Shown: positions 43,722-54,077 of the stretch, piece by piece | Numbering within the stretch: the first letter of the stretch is position 1 | How the letters are laid out: the number at the start of each line of letters is the position of its first letter | DNA from: Cyanidioschyzon merolae | Taxonomy: Eukaryota | Length of the DNA stretch: 64,000 bases | Reading direction: 5' to 3' (one strand) | NCBI GenBank assembly: GCA_000091205.1 | Contig: AP006498.2 | Notes under the pieces: generated by a model | The model's input: the letters and a program-made list of their open reading frames with translations, nothing else | The model's database searches: none | What the model was told of the DNA's origin: nothing | Made by a program: the position numbers and the translations under genes

Positions 43722-45800
43722 CAATTCCGCCTTGAGAGGTTGCCCCGTAAAGTTGGCTCTCGTCAACTCTGAGGATCTCGTCTCGAGCACAGCACATCTT
43801 CTGATATTAATAGCAGCGTAAATGTCATGGTTCATGAACTTTATTCCATTCTTTCAGTTCGTTGTACTCACCAGTGCGAGCAGTCTTCGAAAATGTGCCC
43901 CTCTTTCCGTTTGCTGTTCTGTCAGCGCTCCGTACTTTTCTACATCCTCAGGGCTTCGCTGGCACTTTTCCATCTCGACCCTCTGAAGCGTGCACCCCAG
44001 CTCATAGTGCATACAGGACGTTTGGAAATCATCTACCAGTATTGTGACAAAACGGTGTGTACATTTCTTGTACGCTCTCGTCGATGGAGCAGGTGTGCCT
44101 TTTTTGGACGCCCATCGCGCCGCTCCGTGTGCTACTACGAGAATTTTTCTCGTGTCCGCCTTGAGGGCGCTCAGCTGATTGATGAAGTTGGCGAATGCAC
44201 GCTGTTTCCCATAGTACAGGCTCATACGCGTACGAGCGCACCAGAGCCCTGTGTACTCTTTTCACAGCTCCTCGTTATGAGCAGCGCCAACTTTCATGAA
44301 TTCCTGAAAAGCTTCAAAGTTCTCTACGCGGCTCGGCAGCTGGCTGATCGCTTCCAGATGCTCCTTCACTCCTGCGTTCCATGTCTCAGTTTTCTTCCTC
44401 TCATTCATTATTCCCGATTCTCGGCAATATATCGCTCTCGAGAACTTTAAAAGACGCATGTCTTTTTGACGTAAGTTTGAGTCAGTGCCATCTTCCGCAC
44501 ACTTGGGTGCTGTGATGGCCATGATATTCGTCTTCCCAGTGTCAAGGCCAACGACAAAGTCGTTATCCTGCACTTTCTGTGTCGCAGGATCCGCCTCCTT
44601 CTCATCTTCCTGCTTCGTCACGGGCGATCTCGCAGATGGGCCACGATGATCTGCCTTCAACCTTCGACAGTGTACACATAGGGCTACTCCATCGGTCTCG
44701 ATGATGCCTGCGAGTGCCTTCTGCCTACTCGTTTTGAGACATTTAAAATCGAAGATATTCTTCCAGTACGTCTCCCGGTTTTCGCCGGTGAACTCTGTCA
44801 CCCTTACATCGAACTCCGGACAGATCTCCTTCGTGATGCCGAAAAGGGATGTGGAGTCGATTGTCACAAAACGCCACTTGATCTTACGGAACAGAACGAC
44901 GTTGAAGCGCGTCCCCATTACGACAGCCCTCCGTCGCTCCTGCTCTTCGCTTCCGCCCTCACTCAGCTTCATCTCCACCTTGCGTTCGAGTTCACGGTCC
45001 AAAAATACAAAATAGCGCAGGATGAGGGGATAACACTTTTTCTTATCTTTTTTCGTAGCTGATACCTTTTCTGCTGCATTCGCTAGCCGCAAGACTGCAC
45101 GGTGCTCTTGAACAGCCGCAGAGATCACAGAAGCTCCATTCTTTCTCCTGCGTGATGTCTTCTTGTGGACGAAATCTATCTCCTGTTAATATTGGATATC
45201 GTCCGTGATGCTTTCGACAATGATCCATCTCTCTTTCCGAGAGAGGCCCGGGTACAGTGCAAGCGTGGCGCGTATCATGAAGATTTTGAGTTTCATGGTC
45301 AGATTGTTCTTCAGCTTCGTGAGATACTTCGTCGCCCGTAGGTGCAAATATCCCCGTCACCCCCGTATCGAGTACCGTTGAAAAGGCACTCGGGGTGATT
45401 TTCTTGTAGGACGTGTACTCAATCAATTCTGCTCGACGCTTCCCGTGTGCCAAGCATCAGGCGGAGAATGAAGGTCATGTTGAAAAATTCTTCCGGTACC
45501 TCTACTGTTTTGATGTCCGCCACGTCGTGATGCATCTCCCTCACCATATGCCTCAGTTCTAAAGAAGTGTTTCGGACACTGCTGGAGTACGAGGCGACTC
45601 GGTTTCTGATTGCCTCTTGGACTTTTTGCTCGTACGAACTCTTGATGTGTCCGAGAAGAGACGCTTTCCCTACCATCTCGTCATACTGTCGTCTTCCGTG
45701 CAGCTTTTGATGTCTGACCTCCCTTTTCTGCTCCTTCATCTTCCCCTATTCCTCCGGGCTTGGCACTGTTTTTCGTTTTTTCCGGCAGCCGGCGACACCG
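43722..45800 (-). mobile_element. F element (about 2.1 kb): the longest TnpB/Fanzor-like element in the window and a relative of R1
   Basis: The low-coordinate terminus cttcTTTCCGAGCaattccgccttgagagg is homologous to the R1 terminus ctTTCCGCAGtcatcaacaccagccttggcgg. It encodes the minus-strand TnpB-like ORFs at 43854..45739. Its high end abuts Tc1-like relic C. Confidence 0.55.
43854..45739 (-). pseudogene. TnpB/Fanzor-like (OrfB_IS605 RuvC-fold) protein gene with one in-frame TGA (44262..44264) and upstream frameshifts
   Basis: ORFs 44262..45128 and 43854..44225 share a frame, separated by TGA plus 12 sense codons. DNDFVVGLDTGKTNIMAITAP matches the RuvC-I motif vGIDlGiknlA. KILVVAHGAARW lies at the RuvC-II position with the Glu replaced. 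FVTILVDDFQTSCMHYELGC matches V.p.yTSQ.C..CG. The RuvC-III DxNAAxNI block is missing here but present in R1 copies as RDFNAGINI. The upstream ORFs 45043..45453 and 45419..45739 are in other frames. Confidence 0.5.
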
Positions 45801-45839
45801 TCCCTCCAGGATCCTCAGCCTCCGCGTCCATAACTTGTT

Positions 45840-46790
45840 CTTGCGTTTTTTTTATTTTTGACAATTAACGCGCTTGTTTATGCCGTTAGGTGAGGACCTG
45901 TACGGCGGGGGAAATATTAGCGGGAGAACGACGACATGCGCCCCTATGTCAACGTGTTCTGAACGTTTCGGCGATCCTTCCACTGGATCGATCGTTACTT
46001 TTCCGGATAGAAGAAACTCCATCGATGGGGTTCAAACACGGACACTTCGAAGGAATAAAAAAGCAACGTTAGCCCGATAGAATTGGCAAAAGCTCGAACA
46101 CAAATGGAATGGTATTTACCATTTCGTCCAAGGGAAGGAGGTCACCACACGTCAGGAAAAAAGTTTCAATGATTCGAAAAAGTGGGCGCTGTTGTTTGAG
46201 CCTTCACTATGAGCGATACTGAGACCGCCAAACGAGTCCATCGCAGCTAGAACAGATGATGTCGGAGTTCTCTTTGAGTTCGACCCTGCATACAACAGGC
46301 TCCCTCTCCGCGAATACCCATGTACGCTCCGACGGTTCTGCCCGAGGGGAGTCTCATCGACTAAAAAATAAATCGACACACCTGTGCTTCTTACCTATCG
46401 CACGGTTTCAGGAAAGCTGTAGTCGCGATTCCTGTGGAAGATGGCGATGCCTGAAGCTGAACTTTTTTGCGACTGTATCTTAGTGTTTCCAAGACAATAT
46501 CAACAAGCTGCTGATAAACAGAGACGCCCGTGGCGACTAGTGTCGTCGCGTTTTGCTTTCCTTGAGGCGAGCAACGGGTCATTTTTATACGACTGACCGC
46601 AAACACGCTTTGACAATTCCAGGCTTTGGTGCGGAGCACACATACTTGTTTCTTTTAGTGTTCTTGAACGATCAGAGTATTGTGGTATGACTGACCCGAA
46701 AGAGGAATGCCGTCCTCGTTGCACTCTTCAGTAAAGAATGCATCCTACATTCAATTCGTCTACTATCTGTACGGCACATTTCGTAATGAT
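45840..46790 (-). mobile_element. Tc1/mariner (IS630-superfamily) transposase relic C, degenerate
   Basis: The minus ORFs carry an HTH (RVSHTTIL), then ATGVSVYQQLVDIVLETLRYSRKKVQLQASPSSTGIATT, then SIYFLVDETPLGQNRRSVHGYSRRGSLLYAGSNSKRTPTSSVLAAMDSFGGLSIAHSEGS (first D of DDE within FLVDET). It is homologous to relics A and B. The antisense ORF MPLGEDLYGGG... mirrors 30277..30510. Confidence 0.7.
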
Positions 46791-47479
46791 TTTGATCTCC
46801 TGCTCTGCGCTCGAAAAAGCATTCGATTGCACTTAGCGACATGGGAGCGAAACTGAATTGGAAGAATTTAAGTTTTTGACCACATCGTCTGAATCCAAAC
46901 CCATCGGGTTGAAAACGGTAAGAAAAAGCATTTGTCTGTGGTGTGGGAAATGAGCAGCGGGCGCATCCGCAGCAGTGATGTACCTCGTTCAGGAAAGGTT
47001 TTCCGGCATTCTCTCCTGCACTGCGGGCTCCAGCTTCCAACTCAAAGGGGCAAATTTCGGCGTTTTTTCCCACGTTGTGTTCATTTCTAGACCAGACACT
47101 GAACAACTGAGATAAGGCAAATTTTCTAAATGGTACGTTTGGATTTGTGACAACCAAGATGTACCAGGCTTTTGGCGGCCTGGTTGCCAAACGCTGCTTT
47201 CCACTGCGAATCAATGGTAATTTTCTCGGCAGTATCACCTAAAGCAAAGATCATCTTCGTTCGCCAATTGCTCAGAAAAATCTCTCTCGGTGCGTTCATC
47301 CGGCGCTCAAGACTCGCTGGACAGCTGAACATTACATTACCGGTGCCTTGCTAGGGTCGACAAGAAAATACCCTCTGTTCTGGCTGCTTACGTTCTCATC
47401 GGAAGTCTCCGTGGTTCGGTACATTGCCCACGTTGAGTACTAATTGATGCTCTGAGAAGTTCGCTCGACACTCCGGAAG

Positions 47480-48020
47480 CACGAGATATTCCAGGATGCT
47501 TATCAAAGGGCGTTGAAGGCTCAGTGCAGAACTTGCTCCCGCACATGCACACTGGTGAAATCACACTGTAACAAGCCGCTCACCTCCGATTGCATCCCCA
47601 TTTGAAGTTCGATCATCTTACCGCACACAATCCCTTGCATCCGGGTCAGTTTCACGCTGGAATTCTCTAACGGGTTTGGCGAGAACCCGTGCTCGAGATG
47701 CACGGATGTTTTCCCAAACCTTCCATTCATATCGCGCATAATCGTTACTACACTAAATGTACGCCCTTGTGGATGGAGCAGAGGTGCAGCACATGCGTGC
47801 TATATTACGTCCAGCGCCATTGGCTATCATAGAAAGACGTGACTTATCGGTCATTTCCGTTCCCAACTCATTGAACAAGTTCGTTATTGCATGCCTCTTG
47901 CCTTTATAAATCAGAAACCGTTGACAACCCGAGCGTGTCTCGTGTGCTTCTACCAAAGGTCGTCTGCATGAGTCATTGGGATGCTGGTGCACTCTCTGAC
48001 TGAGGCGAACAACGCATCGC
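47480..48020 (-). mobile_element. F-family fragment (copy 6), same orientation
   Basis: The minus ORF 47753..48022 has GKRHAITNLFNELGTEMTDKSRLSMIANGAGRNIARMCCTSAPSTRAYI, compared with the F element GKQRAFANFINQLSALKADTRKILVVAHGAARWASKKGTPAPSTRAYKK. ORF 47521..47739 has LQCDFTSVHV, compared with LVDDFQTSCMHY. Confidence 0.5.
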
Positions 48021-49206
48021 ACTTTGCTCGATTCAGTGCTCAGAGTCTAGGGATCGGTCCTTGTGTTGTCATAACGCTTCTTGACCTGCATCCTGGCATC
48101 CATTGTGCCGGACTTACCATGAGATCGAGCCATGGAAAAGCTGTGAAGCTCCATCCGGTTTCCGGTCAAATATTCGTCACTACCGCCTTGTTCTAGTGGT
48201 ATAGCGGCGGGCATCATATCCTTGGAGCCAGGATCCACGCCCCTCACGAAATCTTTCTTTCTTCATGGAACTTGAAGGAGTGAAAATGAGAGCCGTTGCA
48301 TCACTCAGGCCTAGTTATCAAGAAGTGTATGCAGATGAATATTCTGTTGGTCTCCGTGGTCCTCGAAAAACTCTTTCCACTTTGTTCCTATATAAAGCAG
48401 GGTCCTTGAACGAGCTTTACCTATTCTTATTGCTAGGTTGTTCGAGTGCTTTGAAGTTTTATGCTTAGGCGAACCATGGCATATAGAGAACCGCCCATAG
48501 TACACTGTGCTAATTCCTACAAAGATATGATTGGGCTGTCAAGCGACGTATGAGACCATGTCGAATAGACGCGTGAGGATTCGAGGGTGGATTCTGCTTT
48601 GTTGTCCTTGGTTTCCTGGAGGAAAACGTGGGAACGAAAGATGCACGCAAGGCAGGTGTTATGTTTGATGAATTCTTAAGACAAGCCCTCTGTGGGTATG
48701 AGGGCTGAAATAACAGCATGAGCTTGCTCGATCCGAAGTGATACGCGCCCCCGCTGAGGTATACCTTCCGGTACTACTAGCTCGTGATTGTCCTCTAACG
48801 ACTTCCCTGTATCCCATCCATTCGTGCCCTCCTTTCTGGGCCGGTACTCTGAGGCTACAACGCCGAGAGGTACGCCTTACGAAGCGCTCGAGATTAACCC
48901 GCAAATAGCTTTTGAGGTTTATTGATACTTTTTGGCAACTACGCCGTAGATATTCCAAAACCCGACTGAGCATTGCTGGGCGTCAAGGTGTTCTGGAGAC
49001 CCTGTTTGCAAATCCCTTATGCTACGTTCCAACCGTCTTGCATCGTCTGTCCCGAGCATCAGTTCATTTCTATTGGGAGTTTTGATCAAAAAAATAGGTA
49101 GCCATGTGGACAGCCTGCAGACTTGTTTGCGGAACTCGGATGTTCAGCTGCGTGATGGAGTGCGTCAAGACGAAACACGCTAACCGAGCATTGCTCGAGT
49201 AAGTAG

Positions 49207-49689
49207 CTACACGCTCACGGATAGCTTGCTGCACCTTACCTTTTGGAAGATTGCCTCCGCGCATGTGTTTAGGTATCTAGCCTTGACAAGGCGTTCAGAC
49301 AGACAAATCCCCCGCTGATTGATCTCTTTCCTGCCCTTCCTCGTCCCCTTTTCGGGAGGACACCTCTCTTCATTGTCCATGGTTTTTTCCTCCTTCTTCG
49401 TCTTCACCCTCTTGTTGCGGTATGCGGTGGCATAGATATGGGAGCTGAAAGCCATATTCGCTCGTTTTTCCTCGGGACCTGAATGCACTAGGTGGATACT
49501 GGGGCCGAAGCTCATATTTTTTGAATGAATATAATGTTGTTCGAGTGCTTTTTCGTGGCCATCTCCGTCATGAGCACGCCCAAGGACTGAAGCGCGTCTA
49601 TACGCACTCTCCCTCGCAAAAGCATAAAAGCAACAGATCGATACAGGGCTGGTAAGGGTAGAGAACAATTCGGTGATGAACGGGCTCAT
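49207..49689 (-). CDS. hypothetical small protein (160 aa) containing an internal short duplication
   Basis: ATG confirmed at 49689. A partial tandem duplication at 49440..49530 (gctgaaagccatattcgctcg / gccgaagctcatattttttga) lies in the coding sequence. No recognisable domain, so it may be spurious. Confidence 0.2.
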   Translation of the reverse strand: MSPFITELFSTLTSPVSICCFYAFARESAYRRASVLGRAHDGDGHEKALEQHYIHSKNMSFGPSIHLVHSGPEEKRANMAFSSHIYATAYRNKRVKTKKEEKTMDNEERCPPEKGTRKGRKEINQRGICLSERLVKARYLNTCAEAIFQKVRCSKLSVSV

Positions 49690-50769
49690 GGATGCGAGCG
49701 ATTCGACTATTGGTCCGTGAGCGGAAAAGTGGCGATCGACTACAGAAAAGACGCCGCCGACAGTACTGAACCATGGAGAATAGGCTTAAGCAATGCGCAG
49801 CTCAGCGCCTAATTCAGCTACATACTCCTTGAGCGCTTGTTGAGTGATGGAAAGCGACGTTGTCCGTGAGCTTTACTGGAAAATGTGGAAAGAAGAAGAC
49901 ACGAAGAGTGTCCCGACGGAGGGTGGGGTGACATACGATTCTGTATGTTTCAGAATTTGTTGGTGGCCACAAGATCCAAGCACAGCTAGGGCTGATTTTA
50001 TGGGAATGCTCGCTCGTCTCCTCTTCATGGACAGCAGTTTACCCTTTTTCGTGCTCACATTCAAGTCTACCATTTCTCCAGAATGACGTTCCACAGAATG
50101 AATCGTGCACCCGTCCCTTCATACTCAGCGTTTGCGTTTCGGTATAGAATCGATAGCGTGCCGTTAAATGCGCAAAGATCTCCCAGAGAAGCGTGCGTTT
50201 CTCTTTGTTCAGTCTTGTTCCTTCATCACTATTCATAGAAGAGACATGTAAACTTCATGTGCAGTGGCATCTACGGTATTTTTCTCAGAGATCTTGTTGA
50301 TCGGATTCGATTGACGGGAACACTGACTTGTAGATAGATTCTGTCAACTTCTATTGATGGTGCAGCATGTTTAGGATACGGTCTACGAGAACGGTGATTC
50401 ATCCACCTGGTGACCGCAGAATTACTGCATTGGACACCCAATGCCGTTTTTCGCAAGCCTGAAACGCCAATTCTAAATCATCCGGCAAACTTTCGCGAGT
50501 CTGTGGAGTATAATCGTTCTGATCAATACCCACAAGAAAAACAAGCGATAACAAGAAGGGCGTCACCGTGCGGGTGTTCGAGAACTCACACCTCAAAGCG
50601 GAACCGCGTGCTGCACCGAGCGTCGCCTGAGCAGCCCGCTGGGAAGCAAAAGAGACGCGCGTCCGCTTCGCCGCGAGACGTTTTGGAGCTTCTGAAAGCG
50701 CCCGTACGACTGTTCGAGCCCTTGCCAGTTGGCTGTCAGTGTGCAGCCGCCGGGCGCGAGCGGACGTTC

Positions 50770-51411
50770 ATGTACTTTCACGAGCTGATCGCCCGTGGCT
50801 TTATTTCGCGAACAGAAGATTACGGTCCAGTTTTGAGCATTTTAGAGCGTTTGGCGCCATCTACAAACCCCGGCGTCGAGTTCGCGGAGCTCGAGAGACT
50901 CTACCGGATACCGAGCGCCCTCAACACGAACAGGCATCTGAGATTTTCGCAACCCGAAGTTGTTGTACGTTTCAATCTGCTTCCGGAAAATGAGGCACCG
51001 GAACCTGCCGCTCAGGTAGACCTGTACGTGCGGACCGTGCAGAGGAACGAGGGGACTGTGAGAGCTCGGCGCTTTTGCCGAACTACTTTGCCACCTGTCG
51101 ATGCCCTCTGTTTCGTTGAGGGGTTTTTGCCTGAGGCTACCTTCGCTTTTGAACGTGTCCGCCGCGGAAATCGCTTTTGTTTCCGAGATGGAACAGTGAT
51201 GGACGTCTTCCGCCTGGAGCGAGTGTGTTCAGATTCGAAAGGGAATTTCCACTCAGAACTGCTCTCGGAGCTCAAATGGATTGTAGAGTTGAGATGCTTG
51301 CGTAGTCTCAACGCTCTCGGATCTGAGATTTCTGCAGAGCCTCAATGCAGCATTTCAGATATGCTGGGAAAAAGACTTTCCCTGCTTGCACCGTATGTTG
51401 TCCAAGTGTAG
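50770..51411 (+). CDS. Mediator subunit MED18-like protein (tentative)
   Basis: MYFHELIARGFI..GPVLSILERL loosely matches human MED18 MEYLLQGSV..SLESLIHRL. LCFVEGFLPEATFAFERVRRGNRFCFRDGTVMDVFRLE loosely matches LEFLTALGYQPDHEFVCRGNLFRLGDLVLTLGCLF. This alignment is from memory. The ORF-track start at 50410 is GTG; the first ATG is 50770. Confidence 0.4.
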   Translation: MYFHELIARGFISRTEDYGPVLSILERLAPSTNPGVEFAELERLYRIPSALNTNRHLRFSQPEVVVRFNLLPENEAPEPAAQVDLYVRTVQRNEGTVRARRFCRTTLPPVDALCFVEGFLPEATFAFERVRRGNRFCFRDGTVMDVFRLERVCSDSKGNFHSELLSELKWIVELRCLRSLNALGSEISAEPQCSISDMLGKRLSLLAPYVVQV

Positions 51412-52598
51412 CAGCACCTTAGAGAACATCGTATGAGTCGCCCGTCCAACTAGAAAAGTTATTGGAATCTTTTGCGTGAAAATTGGTGAGTGCAGCCTCC
51501 GGCACGTCCTCTGCTTTGGAAAAGCTCTCGTTACGAACACTTTTCGAAGCCGTTGCATTAGGAGAAGCCAAGAGAGTCTAATATTGATCTTCTCAGAGTC
51601 GAGAGGTGTAGGATCACAGAGTACTTTGCGATGTGAACCTCTCTGCAGAGCAGCGATGAACACTTCCGCAGTGTTTGTCTGCTGCAAACGTACCAGTTAT
51701 CGCTTGTTATTGGCTCGAGTCCGAAACCTATTTTAGTATCAGACTAGGCTTGCTGCACCACCACAACAACGTGCTCATTTTCCCTGCAATGTTGCAGACT
51801 TGTTCTAATCACAGGCAAGCCAAAGAGCGTTCGAGGTCATAGCGGCTGTTATTCATCCCCAGGATGAGCTCCTTCTTTCTATTTATGAGAGACACCAGAA
51901 CCTGGGGTCGCATGAATTTACCTCTACTCGAAATGCACCCACCACTCTGAGGGGCGGTAACAGCTGCAGTCCGGTTTCAATGACGGAAGACATCTACATA
52001 TACATCGTGGCCCCTGTTGGATGCTTTTGATGACGAGGCATTCGAATATGCAGGACGCAGCCGCTCGTGATGTTAGTTGCATGTCTCGCATGGCTGTGAG
52101 CGCCATAGTGATGTTGTCGATGAACGCTCAACGCGCGTTTGTGGACTCTTGAACATCTCCTGGCATCCTAGATAGAGAAACATATTTACAACGTTCCATG
52201 AAGGATACCTCGAAGGTTACCATCGGCTACTCAAGAAGACTTTGCACAGTTTCCCTCTTTAGCATCAGCCAGAGATTCCCGATGGTCATCTGGACCAAGG
52301 GCCAGGTCAGCGCTCTCGTCTCATGAACGCAGCAGACCAAGCATGTTTAATGCTATAAAGGAAGCAACCGCACGCCAATCCAGCAACGCGATCCGTAGGG
52401 TTACTCTGGTAAGCGATTCAAGTGGCCATCGAGCCCTAGCCGCAATTCTCGCGCAAGTTTCCTGTGTACGGTGGCGAACGCACAGGTACCGTCTGCCTCC
52501 CACAGACGAAAACAGGTACTCTATGAACGTCAAACTTGATGCACAGGGCAGAGAGTTGTCCCAAAGTAGCCGCCATTTGGGGGTGACAAAGCGTGAAA

Positions 52599-53330
52599 TC
52601 AGCTTTTCGGGCAGTAACTGACTGAATAGGTCCCATCAGGGTTGCGCTTTGTCTGAAAATTATCGATCGAAACGCCGAAGAGAGAGAGAAACGAGTTGCC
52701 GACCTCTTTGAGTTTCTGTAATGCCTCCTGCTTTGCCCTCTCGCTCTCAGCAGCTGCACGCTGCGCGAGAAGTTCCGCCTCCGAGCGGTACTCAGGCCGA
52801 ATCTTAGCTAGCGCTTCGGCATCTTTGGCGGCATCCGCGAAGTTATTCTGCCCTTTGTTCGCAACCATACGCCTATAGAGTGCTTTGACGCGTAGTTCCG
52901 TGACCCTTTCTGACTCACCTTCATCCTCAAAGTCAGTAATCAGGTCCAGAGCCACCGAAGCGTCTTCCGCCGCTCTTTGCCAGAGGCTACACGGAGTTGC
53001 TTCTTCAGACTCGTGCTCCGCGGTGCACGCGTCCTCTTCAAAACGGTTCGAGCCAACGTTTGGCAGCGCGGCAGCGGATGCAAGTCTGAGAAAGACGAGT
53101 GCTCGATTGCAGCGGATCAACACCTCCTCAAGACTCCAGGGATAACGGTCTTGGGTTGGCAGCTCCGTTTTCGCTAATCGTATCTTCTCCAAAGCCTCTG
53201 AATAGTAGCTAGCAGCAGCCTCATAATTTCCACGGCGAAATGCTTCGTTTCCCCGAAGACGATCTTCCACGAAGTCGCCTTCCACAGCCTCGCTACTCTT
53301 AGTCAACGGTGCTCCACCTCCCGTCTCCAT
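52599..53330 (-). CDS. TTC1: TTC1-like TPR-repeat protein
   Basis: TPR-like helices (GNEAFRRGNYEAAASYYSEALE...) and the C-terminal tail LKEVGNSFLSLFGVSIDNFQTKRNPDGTYSVSY match the TTC1 C-terminus ([31 protein letters not shown]). The ORF-track start at 53339 is TTG; ATG at 53330. Confidence 0.6.
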   Translation of the reverse strand: METGGGAPLTKSSEAVEGDFVEDRLRGNEAFRRGNYEAAASYYSEALEKIRLAKTELPTQDRYPWSLEEVLIRCNRALVFLRLASAAALPNVGSNRFEEDACTAEHESEEATPCSLWQRAAEDASVALDLITDFEDEGESERVTELRVKALYRRMVANKGQNNFADAAKDAEALAKIRPEYRSEAELLAQRAAAESERAKQEALQKLKEVGNSFLSLFGVSIDNFQTKRNPDGTYSVSYCPKS

Positions 53331-54077
53331 CTCAGCCAAAACTTGCTTACAGTGCCCTTCTCCACGGTGCTCCAGCTCGAAAGAACAAAGGTGCTCACAG
53401 AAAATAGTTTCTGTGTTGATAGCGATGTGCGTCGCATTGCATTCGTACCAGCTTCAAGCAGAGTACGCTTCGTACGAGGCTCTCCTTGTGTGAATATGAA
53501 ATAATTGTACAGAATCTCCCATCAGGTGAACAGCATCAAGCCGAGCATGCTTCCACTGAGGCTCCCCTTCAGTAAATTAGAAATGATTGTACAGAATAGC
53601 CCATCAGATTGCATGCGCTTTTCGGGACGGACGTCGATCACCGGCCGCTCATATGCTCCAGCGCAGCTACGAGTGTTCTGCAGCCTATAGCACGTTTCTG
53701 CAGCCCTGTTTAGCTGGAACTACGACAGCTCTTCGCGTGGTTTTCGTTTGGGCACATACTGTGGGGTGCTGCCTAGCTGGCCTGGGTGAAGTCTTCGAGC
53801 GCACGACGACGCGCCTTGAACTTGCTTGGTTTTGCGGTACACTTGTCGCAAACGACGCGCTGCATCCGAGCGAAGCGCTGCTTCCTCTCTGGGCTAGTTT
53901 TGGGGCCATACTGGAAGCTGCTTCTGGTCGCCTTATATTGCCAGTGCTACGGTGGAAGCTTAGCGGTGGCGTCTAAGGAGGTGCATCGCAAACAGGCTCA
54001 ATCTGCGGCGAATACGACTCGCGCTAGAGAACGGCACGGCGCCTTCTGCTAAGCGTCTTGGAGGGGCTGCTTGCATC

